In this document: piece after piece, positions 1 to 10,807 of the stretch
Position numbering within the stretch: the stretch's first letter is position 1
Layout of the letters: the number at the start of each line of letters is the position of its first letter
Assembly (NCBI RefSeq): GCF_053078305.1
Contig: NZ_CP166879.1
Length of the DNA stretch: 64,000 bases
Direction: 5' to 3' (one strand)
Position numbers and translations under genes: made by a program
The notes under the pieces: generated by a model
Database searches by the model: none
What the model saw: the letters and a program-made list of their open reading frames with translations, nothing else
What the model was told of the DNA's origin: nothing

Positions 1-1339
1 GTTTGTTCATCAGAAAGTACGTTGATAGCATCGTTCAGCGCACGTTGTGCTTCTGCTTCCGCCAGACCTTTTTTACGCGTAGCTTCAGCTAACTCAACGA
101 TCGCCGCCGCCTGCATCTCTGCGGCTTCTTTTTCTGCTTTTGCCCGCACGGTCAGTTCAACCGCTTTGGTTTCTGCATCCTGCGCGGCAGCGATTAGGGC
201 AACTTGTTTAGCACGATCGGCTTCTGCGGTCTGGCGAGTGGTTTCAACGTTTTGTTGGGCGCTTACTGCTTCTGCGAGTGCAAGGTTAGCACGCGCTTCT
301 GCCTGGGACTGTTGTTCCGATTTGGCGGCAATAGCGATCGATTTCGTCTGGTTAGCGATTTCGGTGACCTGCTGCTGTTCGATCTCTTTAATGCGAACTT
401 CACGTTCAGCTTCAACTTTTCTTGAGCGGACGGCCTGTTCGCGGTCGATTTCTGTTTCCTGAATCTGTCGTTCAGCCAGAATTCGCGTCTGCTCTGCTTC
501 ACGACGACGTTCAGCTTCAAAAGCCGCAATTTTCGCATTCTGCTCAGCGGTACGGGTTTTAACCTGCTGCTCCTGCTCAAGCGTCATAAACGCTTCTTGT
601 TGTTCAATCTCCAACTTGCGCGAAAGTGCATCACGGTTTTTCTCACGCACCGCAACTTCTACATCCTGTTCAACTTCGTTACGCTCGCGGCGACGGCGCT
701 CCGTCTCCTGAGTCAGTTTGGTTAAACCTTCGGCGTCAAAGGCATTGTTCGGATTGAAATGTTCTTTCGAGGTCTGGTTAAAGTTGGTAAGTGAAACGCT
801 TTCCAGTTCCAGGCCGTTTTTCGACAGATCTTCAGCTACGGTATTTTGTACTCCCTGCACGAAGTTCTCGCGGGTATCCTGTAACTCATGCATGGTCATT
901 TGCGCAGCTGTTGCACGGAGGGCATCGACAAATTTATCTTCAACCAACATACGTAAGTCTTCAGGCGACAGGGTGCGTTGCCCCAGCGTCTGGGCAGCGG
1001 TGGCAATCCCTTCTACTGAAGGTTTTACCCGCACAAAGAAAGCGACTACTACATCGACGCGCATACGATCTTTCGTAATCAGGCTATCAATGGTTGAGCG
1101 GCTGACTTCCAGCTTCAGAGTATTCATATTGATGGGGATTATTTCATGAAAGATCGGCATCACGATTGCGCCACCGCTCATTACCACTTTTTGCCCACCT
1201 AAACCAGTACGAACAAAAGCTTGCTCTGCCGAAGCGCGACGATAGAGCCTGGCGAAAATAATTCCAATAATAAACAGAATGCATACGGCAATAATCGCGG
1301 TAAACATCCAGGAGGGCACAGAATTAACAATATCATCCA
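1..1339 (-). CDS. yqiK: Flotillin-like SPFH/band-7 inner-membrane protein YqiK, 5' portion (about 446 codons); 3' end lies beyond the window start
   Basis: Reverse-strand translation from ATG at 1337-1339 reads MDDIVNSVPSWMFTAIIAV..., one N-terminal TM helix then a long E/R/Q-rich coiled-coil region; AAGGA Shine-Dalgarno upstream; 27 nt downstream of yqiJ. Not in the ORF track because it has no stop inside the window. Confidence 0.85.
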
Positions 1340-1366
1340 TTATTAAATTTCCTTTTGATTAATAAA

Positions 1367-1996
1367 TTACAATATTTGGGGCCAGGGATTGTTTTCCGCC
1401 AAATATCGCGTTGCAGAAAGTCGGCAAATAATTAACACTTTGTCTCCTTTAGTGAAAATTTTTCCTTCTTCAGGCTCCAGTAGTAAATAATGTATTTGGC
1501 CAAATTGATCGGTGAGTTTTCCTTCGCAGGGATTACCTGAAGTGGCTTGATGACCGGTAATTAATGCCATGCTACCAATATATTCTTCTTCTGTAATAGC
1601 TGAACTATGGTCGCGTGGAATCCAGGGCGCAACTATTTTACCGGTATAATGCACCGCAATAATCGTAAACAGTAAACTGACAGGAACCACGAACAGGTTC
1701 GACAGTGGTGATTGCCAGACCATGATGCAGGCATGCTGCAACAGGATGCCAATAAGACCAAAAAAACCAGCCAGCAAGCAGAGAACGACGAGAGCTGGCA
1801 ATCTTCCGATATTGAGATAATGAAGTGCCTGGCTAATATGACCTGTGGTTATGGAATCATAATGGTCAAGATGTGCATCAAGAGCACCGGAGAGCATGTG
1901 ACCGCAGATAAGCGCAAAAATTTCTAAAAGGCCGATCAACAGTACAAAGGAAATAGCGAAAAGATAAGGGGTATTATAGTCGGCGAATAAAATCAT
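1367..1996 (-). CDS. yqiJ: Inner-membrane protein YqiJ
   Basis: 209 aa ORF with several hydrophobic helices, immediately upstream of and co-oriented with yqiK; protein recognised from memory. Confidence 0.85.
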
Positions 1997-2264
1997 ATGT
2001 CACTCCAATGTCCATTTAGTGACGCAATATTTACTTTGGGATAGTTTCCTTGCTTACATTTATCTTTGTTAATAATAACACATGTTAGAGAAGTTCTGGA
2101 AGAGAAAGTCTTTTAATATGGTTTTTTATTTTTCACTAAAAAGTGTGATCGAGGACAATATATTTACGCACGTTATGTTTAAAGGCACTACACTGATTGG
2201 GGAATACTGAAATCAGAAAAAGCATATGGCCTTAAAAGGTATGCGATAACCGGAGGATGTGCTT

Positions 2265-2465
2265 ATGGATCATAGTCTTAATTCTTTAAATAATTTCGAT
2301 TTCCTGGCGCGTAGTTTTGCCAGAATGCACGCAGAAGGTCGCCCGGTCGATATTCTGGCCGTTACTGGTAACATGGATGAAGAACATAGAACCTGGTTTT
2401 GCGCACGTTATGCCTGGTATTGCCAACAGATGATGCAAACCAGAGAACTTGAATTAGAACACTGA
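2265..2465 (+). CDS. glgS: GlgS, small glycogen-synthesis/motility-associated protein
   Basis: ORF track 2259..2465; product [29 protein letters not shown]... recognised (66 aa from the second ATG). Confidence 0.9.
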
Positions 2466-2470
2466 TATTA

Positions 2471-2492
2471 CGGGCCGTCTGGCCCGTTTTTG
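2471..2492 (+). terminator. Intrinsic terminator after glgS
   Basis: GC hairpin cgggcc-gtct-ggcccg followed by TTTTT, 6 nt after the glgS stop. Confidence 0.6.
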
Positions 2493-2499
2493 TGTTGCT

Positions 2500-2799
2500 T
2501 TATTCTGCTTTATCAATAGGCGGGATAGCCGGAGGAGATTGAAGATCTGCTACCGAATTATTGCGCGCTTCCAGTTCACTGATGCGCTGCTCCAGTAACG
2601 CCAGTTTTTCACGAGTCCGTAACAGGACTTGCGTCTGTACGTCGAATTCTTCGCGGCTCACCAGATCGAGACGCGTCAGCTGCGCTTGTAGGGTTTGGCG
2701 GATTTTTTTCTCCACATCTTCCCCGAACTCCCTGATTCCTTTAGGCATTGATTCGTGAACCTGGCGAGCGATTTGCTCAATTTTTTTCGGGTCAATCAT
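2500..2799 (-). CDS. ubiK: Ubiquinone biosynthesis accessory factor UbiK (YqiC)
   Basis: ORF track 2500..2859; recognised protein starts at the internal Met [32 protein letters not shown]..., coiled-coil-like C-terminus. Confidence 0.85.
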   Translation of the reverse strand: MIDPKKIEQIARQVHESMPKGIREFGEDVEKKIRQTLQAQLTRLDLVSREEFDVQTQVLLRTREKLALLEQRISELEARNNSVADLQSPPAIPPIDKAE

Positions 2800-2919
2800 T
2801 GTAGTTTCCCTGTACTGATAGGTGTTGAGTGCCATTGTAGTGCGATAAGGGTAAGTCATAAACCAGAATTATGTGAAGCTATGCGTTGCTGCCGCTAATC
2901 ATTAGCGTTATAGTGAATC

Positions 2920-3072
2920 CGCTTATTCTCAGGGCGGGGCGAAATTCCCCACCGGCGGTAAATCAACTCAGTTGAAAGCCCGCGAGCGCTTTGGGTGCGA
3001 ACTCAAAGGACAGCAGATCCGGTGTAATTCCGGGGCCGACGGTTAGAGTCCGGATGGGAGAGAGTAACGATT
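2920..3072 (+). promoter_or_regulatory. FMN riboswitch (RFN element) in the ribB leader
   Basis: Conserved RFN blocks visible: agggcggggcgaaattccccaccggcggtaaa ... cccgcgagcgc ... ggacagcagatccggtgtaattccggggccgacggttagagtccggatgggagag, about 100 nt upstream of the ribB ATG. Confidence 0.85.
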
Positions 3073-3174
3073 CTGTCGGGCATGGACCCGCTCACGTTAT
3101 TTTGGCTATATGCCGCCACTCCTAAGACTGCCCTGATTCTGGTAACCATAATTTTAGTGAGGTTTTTTTTTACC

Positions 3175-3828
3175 ATGAATCAGACGCTACTTTCCTCTTT
3201 TGGTACGCCTTTCGAACGTGTTGAAAATGCACTGGCTGCGCTGCGTGAAGGACGCGGTGTAATGGTGCTTGATGATGAAGACCGTGAAAACGAAGGTGAT
3301 ATGATCTTCCCGGCAGAAACCATGACTGTTGAGCAGATGGCGCTGACCATTCGCCACGGTAGCGGTATTGTTTGCCTGTGCATTACTGAAGATCGCCGTA
3401 AACAACTCGATCTGCCAATGATGGTAGAAAATAACACCAGCGCCTATGGCACCGGTTTTACCGTGACCATTGAAGCGGCTGAAGGTGTGACTACCGGTGT
3501 TTCTGCCGCTGACCGTATTACGACCGTTCGCGCAGCGATTGCCGATGGCGCAAAACCTTCTGATCTGAATCGCCCGGGCCACGTTTTCCCACTTCGCGCG
3601 CAGGCAGGTGGAGTACTGACGCGTGGCGGTCATACTGAAGCGACTATTGATCTGATGACGCTGGCAGGCTTTAAACCGGCTGGTGTGCTGTGTGAGCTGA
3701 CTAATGACGATGGCACGATGGCGCGTGCACCAGAGTGTATTGAGTTTGCCAATAAACACAACATGGCGCTCGTGACTATTGAAGACCTGGTGGCATACCG
3801 TCAGGCACATGAGCGTAAAGCCAGCTGA
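3175..3828 (+). CDS. ribB: 3,4-dihydroxy-2-butanone 4-phosphate synthase
   Basis: 217 aa from ATG at 3175 ([48 protein letters not shown]...); the ORF-track upstream extension from 3082 overlaps the riboswitch and is rejected. Confidence 0.95.
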   Translation: MNQTLLSSFGTPFERVENALAALREGRGVMVLDDEDRENEGDMIFPAETMTVEQMALTIRHGSGIVCLCITEDRRKQLDLPMMVENNTSAYGTGFTVTIEAAEGVTTGVSAADRITTVRAAIADGAKPSDLNRPGHVFPLRAQAGGVLTRGGHTEATIDLMTLAGFKPAGVLCELTNDDGTMARAPECIEFANKHNMALVTIEDLVAYRQAHERKAS

Positions 3829-3859
3829 AAACCGCTGCTTAATTTACTGCCTTAATCAA

Positions 3860-3896
3860 GAAACCGAAGTTGTAGCAGGCTTCGGTTTTTATTTTT
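3860..3896 (+). terminator. Intrinsic terminator after ribB
   Basis: Hairpin aaccgaag-N10-cttcggtt followed by a T-rich run (tttttattttt). Confidence 0.6.
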
Positions 3897-4089
3897 CCCT
3901 GCTATGCAAGATGTTAATTCCGCTTCTCTTTCTATGAGAAAATTTCATTAATATCAGGCATTCTTTTTCATTATGATCAAAATCATATAATTGTTCCGTT
4001 ATTATGCGACCATATGAATATATCCGAAAAAGGATATGTGAAATTTATGCGCTAAATGTTTAGTATTGTTAAATATTAAGGGTAAAAGG

Positions 4090-4260
4090 ATGTTTATCGC
4101 CTGGTACTGGATTGTATTGATTGTTCTGGTTGTGGTGGGTTATTTCCTGCATTTGAAACGTTATTGTCGGGCATTTCGCCAGGACAGAGACGCACTGCTT
4201 GAAGCGCGGAACAAATACTTAAACAGTACGAGAGAAGAGACAGCCGAAAAGGTAGAATAA
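4090..4260 (+). CDS. Hypothetical small membrane protein (56 aa from ATG; ORF track starts at TTG 4066)
   Basis: MFIAWYWIVLIVLVVVGYFLHLKRY... has one clear TM helix then a charged tail; AAGGG about 10 nt upstream of the ATG. No homolog recognised. Confidence 0.4.
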   Translation: MFIAWYWIVLIVLVVVGYFLHLKRYCRAFRQDRDALLEARNKYLNSTREETAEKVE

Positions 4261-4278
4261 GGCTTTAGTGAAACTAGC

Positions 4279-4307
4279 AGAAGTTGTCCATGCGCTGGAC
4301 AACTTCT
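4279..4307. terminator. 12-bp stem hairpin between the convergent small ORF and zupT (possible terminator)
   Basis: agaagttgtcca-tgcgc-tggacaacttct perfect inverted repeat; only a weak T tract on either strand. Confidence 0.4.
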
Positions 4308-4317
4308 GATGTTGCTT

Positions 4318-5091
4318 TTAACCAATTCCCGCCGTTTGTAGCAGCACTAAACTGAATCCCATCACTGACATTCCACATAGTACGCCATAGCTGGGGTTAT
4401 TATTAGGGTCAATCTCTTTGGCGAGCGGCATTAATTCATCAACCGAGAGCGCCACCATAATTCCTGCAACCGCCGCCATGATTGCCGCCATGACCACGGG
4501 GGAAATCATGCTACCGAGGATTAACCACGCCAGCACACCACCAAGAATTTCTGCCAATCCAGAAATCCCCGCCCACAGAATTGCCGTGCGTTTAGAACCC
4601 GTTGCTGCATAAACCGGGCCTGCAACCGCCAGACCTTCAGGAATATTGTGCAACGCGACGGCCAGTGCGATGCCAAATCCCAGCTCCAGGTTGCTGCTTG
4701 CCGTGACAAAGGTGGCAATCCCTTCCGGGAAGTTATGCAGACTGATGCCGAGAGTGAGCAGAATGGCTGTGCGCTTGATCGATTTTGGCAACGGCTGCAC
4801 CGATTTTTGCATTAAATCCTGCGGATGCGCATGTGGCAACATGCGGTCCAGGCCAAAATAGCCAAGCAGACCGAAGATAAACATTCCATAACCCAACACA
4901 GGCGACATTCCTTCAGCTGCTAGTGCGGCAGGAAGCATTTCCATTAATGAGATGAGCAACATGATCCCCGCCGCAAATCCTAGCGAAAACGCCAGTAAGC
5001 GGTTCGAGGGTTTTTGCCCGAGAACGCCGAGAAACGCGCCAATAAACGTGGCTGCCCCCGCCAGTATGGTCAGAATGAGAGGTACTGACAT
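4318..5091 (-). CDS. zupT: ZIP-family zinc transporter ZupT
   Basis: ORF track 4318..5133; recognised 257 aa protein starts [22 protein letters not shown]..., polytopic membrane protein with His-rich ZIP motifs (HNFPEG, HNIPEG). Confidence 0.9.
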
Positions 5092-5206
5092 CGACAACTC
5101 CTTATAAATCTTCACCTTCAGGCAGATCGTCAAAATAACTGATGATCATCATCATTGTTATCCGGGTTCTTACTCCGCCGAACAAGCGTATTGTGAGGAT
5201 ATCAAA

Positions 5207-6022
5207 ATGACACCTTTAGTTAAGGATATCATCATGTCTTCAACACGTATGCCAGCATTGTTTTTAGGTCACGGTAGTCCGATGAACGTGCTGGAAGATA
5301 ATTTGTATACCCGCAGCTGGCAGACGTTAGGGATGACATTGCCACGCCCGCAAGCGATTGTGGTAGTTTCGGCTCACTGGTTTACCCGTGGAACAGGAGT
5401 GACCGCGATGGAGACGCCGCCCACGATTCATGACTTTGGTGGCTTCCCGCAGGCGCTGTACGATACGCATTATCCTGCTCCGGGTTCGCCTGCGCTGGCA
5501 CAGCATCTGGTTGAGCTGTTAGCGCCGGTCCCGGTGACGCTGGATAAAGAAGCCTGGGGCTTTGACCACGGTTCCTGGGGCGTGCTGATTAAGATGTATC
5601 CTGACGCGGATATCCCGATGGTGCAGTTGAGTATCGATAGTAGCAAACCTGCCGCCTGGCATTTCGAAATGGGGCGAAAACTCGCGGCGCTGCGTGATGA
5701 AGGAATAATGTTGGTCGCCAGCGGCAACGTGGTGCATAACCTGCGTACAGTGAAGTGGCACGGTGATAGTTCACCGTATCCGTGGGCGACGTCGTTTAAT
5801 GAGTATGTGAAAGCGAATCTGACGTGGCAAGGGCCAGTAGAGCAGCATCCTCTGGTGAATTATCTCGACCATGAAGGTGGCGCGTTATCGAACCCAACGC
5901 CAGAGCACTATCTGCCGTTGTTGTATGTGTTAGGTGCGTGGGATGGGCAGGAGCCAATTACCATTCCGGTCGATGGTATAGAAATGGGCAGTTTAAGTAT
6001 GCTGTCGGTGCAGATAGGCTAA
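5207..6022 (+). CDS. ygiD: Extradiol ring-cleavage dioxygenase class III (DOPA-dioxygenase-like) YgiD
   Basis: 271 aa ORF; recognised. Start ambiguous: ATG 5207 (SD tgagga) or ATG 5234 (SD aagga, giving 262 aa). Confidence 0.85.
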   Translation: MTPLVKDIIMSSTRMPALFLGHGSPMNVLEDNLYTRSWQTLGMTLPRPQAIVVVSAHWFTRGTGVTAMETPPTIHDFGGFPQALYDTHYPAPGSPALAQHLVELLAPVPVTLDKEAWGFDHGSWGVLIKMYPDADIPMVQLSIDSSKPAAWHFEMGRKLAALRDEGIMLVASGNVVHNLRTVKWHGDSSPYPWATSFNEYVKANLTWQGPVEQHPLVNYLDHEGGALSNPTPEHYLPLLYVLGAWDGQEPITIPVDGIEMGSLSMLSVQIG

Positions 6023-6059
6023 CAATTACCGGATGGCGAATGCCATCCGGCATCATTGA

Positions 6060-7220
6060 TTATTCAACAAAAATATGTGGATAAAACCGAGACATATCCT
6101 GGGTGATCAATGCACGGTCTTCACGAATGCCAATTCCGGCGGGTTGATCGTTCACCAGCCAGCTACCAATCAGCATATAGCTGTCGCCGAATTTCGGTAA
6201 CGGGTGGAATTGCTGAACAATCATCCCTTCTTCGCCATACGGACCTTCCGCTGCTTCAATGGTTTTGCCGTTCTCAATGATCGACACGTTTGCGCCTTCA
6301 CGGGAGAAGATCGGTTTAACCACATATTTTTCCATTTGCGGATGATCATCTTCCGCAAAATAAGCGGGCAGCAGGTTCGGGTGATTCGGGAACATCTCCC
6401 ACAGTAGCGGTAGAAGTGCCTTGTTGGAGATAATGCTCTTCCACGCCGGTTCCAGCCAGCGTACGCCTGCATCCTCCAGCTTGGTGGAAAACATCTCACG
6501 CAACATAAATTCCCACGGATACAGCTTGAACAGGTTGGAAATTACCTGATCCTGTAAATCCGTGAACTGACCTTTTTCACCTAACCCGATATCGTCAATG
6601 TAGAGGAACTCGGTAGCGATTTCAGCTTCCGTCGCGCAGTCCTGCAAATACTGAATGGTACCGCGATCTTCCACCGTGTCGCGACAGCAGGTGAGATGCA
6701 GCAACTGGAAGCCATACTGTTCACGCAGCTCAACGAAGCGATCGATCAGTTTTTCTTGCAGACTGTTAAACTGGTCGCTGCCCTCCGGCAAGTTACCGGC
6801 GTTAAGCTGATCTTCCAGCCAGATCCACTGAAAGAACGCCGCCTCGTATAGTGACGTTGGCGTATCGGCGTTATTTTCCAGAAGTTTAGGTTCGCCAGTG
6901 CCATCCCACGCCAGATCAAGACGCGAATAAAGCGATGGCTGGTGCGTCAGCCATGACTGGCGCACAAAACTCCAGGTGTGTTTTGGTATGCGGAATTTGG
7001 TCATCAGCTCATCGCTGGCGATCACTTTTTCCACCACTTTCAGGCACATCTGGTGCAGTTTGGCGGTGACTTCTTCCAGCTTTTCAACCTGGGCGAGGGT
7101 CAACTTGTAGTAAGCATCTTCACACCAGTACGGCTCGCCGTACATGGTGTGAAAATTGAAACCGTATTCGTGGGCTTTCTCACGCCAGTCCGGGCGCTCG
7201 GTAATACTGACTCTTTCCAT
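6060..7220 (-). CDS. ygiC: Glutathionylspermidine-synthetase-like ATP-grasp protein YgiC
   Basis: 386 aa ORF; C-terminal half is clearly paralogous to the C-terminus of gss in this same window ([21 protein letters not shown] versus LWTVIPGNKAILPILWSLFPHH). Confidence 0.9.
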   Translation of the reverse strand: MERVSITERPDWREKAHEYGFNFHTMYGEPYWCEDAYYKLTLAQVEKLEEVTAKLHQMCLKVVEKVIASDELMTKFRIPKHTWSFVRQSWLTHQPSLYSRLDLAWDGTGEPKLLENNADTPTSLYEAAFFQWIWLEDQLNAGNLPEGSDQFNSLQEKLIDRFVELREQYGFQLLHLTCCRDTVEDRGTIQYLQDCATEAEIATEFLYIDDIGLGEKGQFTDLQDQVISNLFKLYPWEFMLREMFSTKLEDAGVRWLEPAWKSIISNKALLPLLWEMFPNHPNLLPAYFAEDDHPQMEKYVVKPIFSREGANVSIIENGKTIEAAEGPYGEEGMIVQQFHPLPKFGDSYMLIGSWLVNDQPAGIGIREDRALITQDMSRFYPHIFVE

Positions 7221-7225
7221 CGGTA

Positions 7226-7897
7226 TCAGCCACCCATTGAACGAGAAGAGGTACCGGTTGCGCTACGCTGCATAGTGCTTTGTTTGGCAACAGATTCACC
7301 AAAACCGCCACGGGTAACGGTAGTGGTGGTCGCCGGTTTTGGTGCCATGGCTGTCTTCGGTACGGTCATGGTGCGGCCTGGCTGGGCTGCGCCATAGTTT
7401 TTACCCGTCGCGTCGGTATATTTACCGTAAGCCGGGCTGGCTGGGTTTTTCGAGGAGAACAGCGGCTGCTGTGCAAATCCCGCACCGCCGCCCATCAGAC
7501 GACCCATCATGTAACCGGCCATCAGCGGCATCCAGAAACTCCCGCTGGATTGCTGGGCCTGCGCCTGGTTTTCTGGTGCCATGCCAGCCTGGGCTGGTGC
7601 CTGCTGGCACTGACCTTCACCAAATTCAGCAACACAGTCTTCACGGGTGGCGTATTTCGGCGCAGTACGTTCGGCTTCTTTCAGCGCATTGTTGTACGCG
7701 GTGGTACATTCGGCGCTTTTGCCTGGGTTTGCAGCTGAACAGTCGTCAGCATTTTGATAGAGAGACACTGTTTCATCACTCTTTTCACAGCCAGCCAGCA
7801 TAAAAACAGTGGCAACTGCGAGAGCGACTGGTGTCAGATGGCGTGCGCTCCAGTTTTTGCGGAACGATGCGTGGCGTATGGATTTTGTCCGTTTCAT
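7226..7897 (-). CDS. ygiB: DUF1190-family protein YgiB
   Basis: ORF track 7226..7930; recognised 223 aa protein starting [16 protein letters not shown]... with a lipoprotein-like signal (LAGC); 5 nt downstream of ygiC. Confidence 0.85.
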
Positions 7898-8044
7898 TTT
7901 TGTCTTCCGGGACCAGTGGTAAATACCCATCAGAATAGAGGATGGCTGGTCGAAATTGAAGCGAGAAGGGGGAAGAATGCGGCAGATAACCCGTATCTTT
8001 ACGTTGCCTTACGTTCAGACGGGGCCGAAGCCCCGTCGTCGTCA

Positions 8045-9526
8045 TCAGTTACGGAAAGGGTTATGACCGTTACTGGTGGTAGTGCGTGCGGATGTTTGCT
8101 GAACGACGGGTGCAGGGCTATCAGGCGCATAACCATCAGCAATAGCATTCTGTTCCGGCGTTTGCGGGGCAACGTTTTCCGGATTAGTGGAAACCGGTTT
8201 GCTCAGCGCATTGTTCAGTGCCAGCAGATCCTGCTCGTTCAATGTACCCAGGGCTGACTTAATATTCAGCTGATTAATCAGGTAGTTATAACGCGCATTC
8301 GCCAGCTCTTGCTTGGCGTTGTACAGCGTGGTGGTCGCATCCAACACATCAACAATGGTACGCGTACCGACCGAGTAGCCCGCTTCCATCGCGTCTAATG
8401 AGCTTTGGGCGGAAACCACGGCTTGTTTGTAGGCGTTAATACTACTGATAGAAGCATTAATGTTGTTGAAGGAGGAACGTACGGTTTGCACGACGCTACG
8501 ATGCGCGCTTTCCAGTTGCTCGCTGGCACCAACAAAGTTGTACTGGGCCTGTTTCACCTGCGAGTTAACCATTCCGCCCTGATAAATCGGCAGCGAGAAG
8601 CTCAGGCCAACTTTGTTCTGGCCCATATTGCTATCGTCATACTGGGTACCAGCGGCACCACGGGTTTTCGAACCGCTATAAGAGGTGTCAGAAATCCCGG
8701 TAGAAGCCGTTAAATCCAGAGTCGGTAAGTGACCATCCTGCGCCTGGCGAATTTGCTCGCGCGCCAGGTCCTGGCTCAAGCGTGCCTGTAACAGCGACAG
8801 GTTGCGTTTTTCGGCTTCTTTCAGCAGCGCGTTAACCGGCTGTGGTTTGTCGGTTTTAAAGTTTTCGACATTCAGCGCCGCCAGTTCCGGATAGTAGTTA
8901 CCGGTGATCTGGCGCAGCTGCTCTACCGCGTTATCAAGGTTATTACGTGCGGTCACTTCGTTCGCCAGCACGGTATCGTACTGCGCGCGGGCGTTCTGCA
9001 CGTCGGTGATCGCTACCAGGCCCACGTTAAAACGTTGGGTGGTTTGATCTAATTGACGGTAGATCGCTTCTTTTTGCGCCTGTGTATAGGAAAGAACGTC
9101 AATAGCATTCAACACGTTGAAATAAGCGGTCGCGGTGTTGAGGATCAAGGTTTGCTGATCGGTCTGATACGTGACGTCCTGAATCCCTGCTGCTTTTTCC
9201 TGCAGCGTTAACGCACGCCATTTCGACATATCAAAAATGGATTGAGTTAACTGCAGGGACGCACTGGTCGCGTTAGAGTTGATGCCGTTCGCGTCGCGGT
9301 AGCCGTTGCTATAGGTGTAATCTGCACCTAAACCAAGCTGTGGCAGTAATGGACTGCGCGCTTCATTAATTTTTTCAAAGGCAGCATCACGATCGGCGGC
9401 AGACTTACGCAATTCCGGGTTACTAAGGCGTGCTTGCTGATAAACTTGCATCAGGTTCTCGGCCTGGCTCAACGAACTGAACCCAGAAAGGCTCAGGCCG
9501 ATAAGAATGGGGAGCAATTTCTTCAT
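8045..9526 (-). CDS. tolC: Outer-membrane efflux channel TolC
   Basis: ORF track 8045..9565; recognised 493 aa protein starts MKKLLPILIGLSLSGFSSLSQA (signal peptide) and ends ...SNGHNPFRN. Confidence 0.95.
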   Translation of the reverse strand: MKKLLPILIGLSLSGFSSLSQAENLMQVYQQARLSNPELRKSAADRDAAFEKINEARSPLLPQLGLGADYTYSNGYRDANGINSNATSASLQLTQSIFDMSKWRALTLQEKAAGIQDVTYQTDQQTLILNTATAYFNVLNAIDVLSYTQAQKEAIYRQLDQTTQRFNVGLVAITDVQNARAQYDTVLANEVTARNNLDNAVEQLRQITGNYYPELAALNVENFKTDKPQPVNALLKEAEKRNLSLLQARLSQDLAREQIRQAQDGHLPTLDLTASTGISDTSYSGSKTRGAAGTQYDDSNMGQNKVGLSFSLPIYQGGMVNSQVKQAQYNFVGASEQLESAHRSVVQTVRSSFNNINASISSINAYKQAVVSAQSSLDAMEAGYSVGTRTIVDVLDATTTLYNAKQELANARYNYLINQLNIKSALGTLNEQDLLALNNALSKPVSTNPENVAPQTPEQNAIADGYAPDSPAPVVQQTSARTTTSNGHNPFRN

Positions 9527-9730
9527 TTGCATTCCTTGTGGTGAAGCAGTATTTAGCGCGATCAAACTGTAAAATTATTGCGGATTCTAGCAGAAGCCGC
9601 TACCGCAAAAGGTTGGCGTTACGTGCCATAGGGCGTTAATGTGCCTCAATTTAACACATGACTGCTCAAACGGCAGTCAAACGTCGCTGAAATTCACATT
9701 TAATTCACTATTAGTGCCAGGACATTAACA

Positions 9731-10360
9731 ATGCTTAAGCCAGACAACCTGCCCGTTACATTTGGCAAAAACGATGTAGAAATTATTGCACGAGAAACAC
9801 TTTATCGCGGCTTTTTTTCATTAGATCTTTATAGATTTCGTCATCGTCTATTCAACGGGCAAATGAGTCATGAGGTACGGCGGGAAATTTTTGAGCGCGG
9901 TCACGCCGCAGTCTTGCTACCCTTTGACCCAGTGCGTGATGAAGTTGTGCTGATTGAGCAGATTCGAATTGCCGCGTACGACACTAGCGAAACCCCCTGG
10001 CTACTGGAGATGGTTGCCGGGATGATTGAAGAGGGTGAAAGTGTGGAAGATGTTGCCCGTCGCGAAGCGATTGAAGAGGCGGGGCTGATAGTCAAACGGA
10101 CCAAACCGGTGTTAAGTTTCCTGGCAAGCCCGGGGGGCACCAGTGAGCGTTCGTCAATTATGGTGGGCGAAGTGGACGCCACGACCGCAAGCGGTATTCA
10201 CGGTCTGGCTGATGAAAACGAAGATATTCGCGTTCATGTGGTAAGCCGGGAACAGGCATACCAGTGGGTAGAAGAGGGGAAAATCGACAACGCAGCGTCG
10301 GTCATCGCTTTGCAATGGCTGCAGCTGCATCATCAAGCGTTAAAAAATGAGTGGGCATAA
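9731..10360 (+). CDS. nudF: ADP-ribose pyrophosphatase (Nudix hydrolase)
   Basis: 209 aa; Nudix box visible ([22 protein letters not shown]); divergent from tolC. Confidence 0.9.
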
Positions 10361-10783
10361 ATGAAGCGTTACACACCTGACTTTCCTGAAATGATGCGCC
10401 TGTGCGAGATGAACTTTTCACAATTGCGCCGTTTGTTACCGCGCAATGACGCACCCGGCGAAACTGTAAGCTATCAGGTGGCAAACGCACAATATCGGCT
10501 GACGATTGTGGAATCGACCCGATACACTACCCTGGTGACAATAGAACAGACTGCGCCCGCGATCAGTTACTGGAGCCTTCCGTCAATGACGGTGCGTCTG
10601 TATCATGACGCGATGGTGGCTGAAGTGTGTTCAAGCCAGCAGATTTTTCGCTTCAAAGCGCGGTATGATTATCCTAATAAAAAGTTGCATCAACGCGACG
10701 AAAAGCATCAAATTAACCAGTTTTTAGCGGACTGGTTGCGATACTGTTTAGCACATGGAGCGATGGCGATTCCGGTTTACTAG
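10361..10783 (+). CDS. yqiB: DUF1249-family protein YqiB
   Basis: 140 aa ORF starting immediately after the nudF stop; recognised. Confidence 0.85.
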
Positions 10784-10807
10784 CGTCGTGAAACCTAAGG
10801 ACACCAT

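Noticed and set aside
22-462. 146 aa plus-strand ORF at the window start (with nearby ORFs 204..425, 263..580 and 718..1149)
   Set aside because: It lies antisense or out of frame within the yqiK coding region, whose minus-strand translation gives a recognisable flotillin-like protein; the product is a low-complexity Ala/Ser-rich sequence typical of an antisense frame.
9527-9565. N-terminal in-frame extensions from the ORF track (tolC from 9565, ygiS from 25604, yqhC from 37994, metC to 41282, zupT to 5133, yghU to 54707, hybE from 52512, hybF from 53014, ribB from 3082)
   Set aside because: Internal starts give the recognised protein N-termini or signal peptides, have better-placed Shine-Dalgarno sequences and avoid overlap with upstream genes or the riboswitch.
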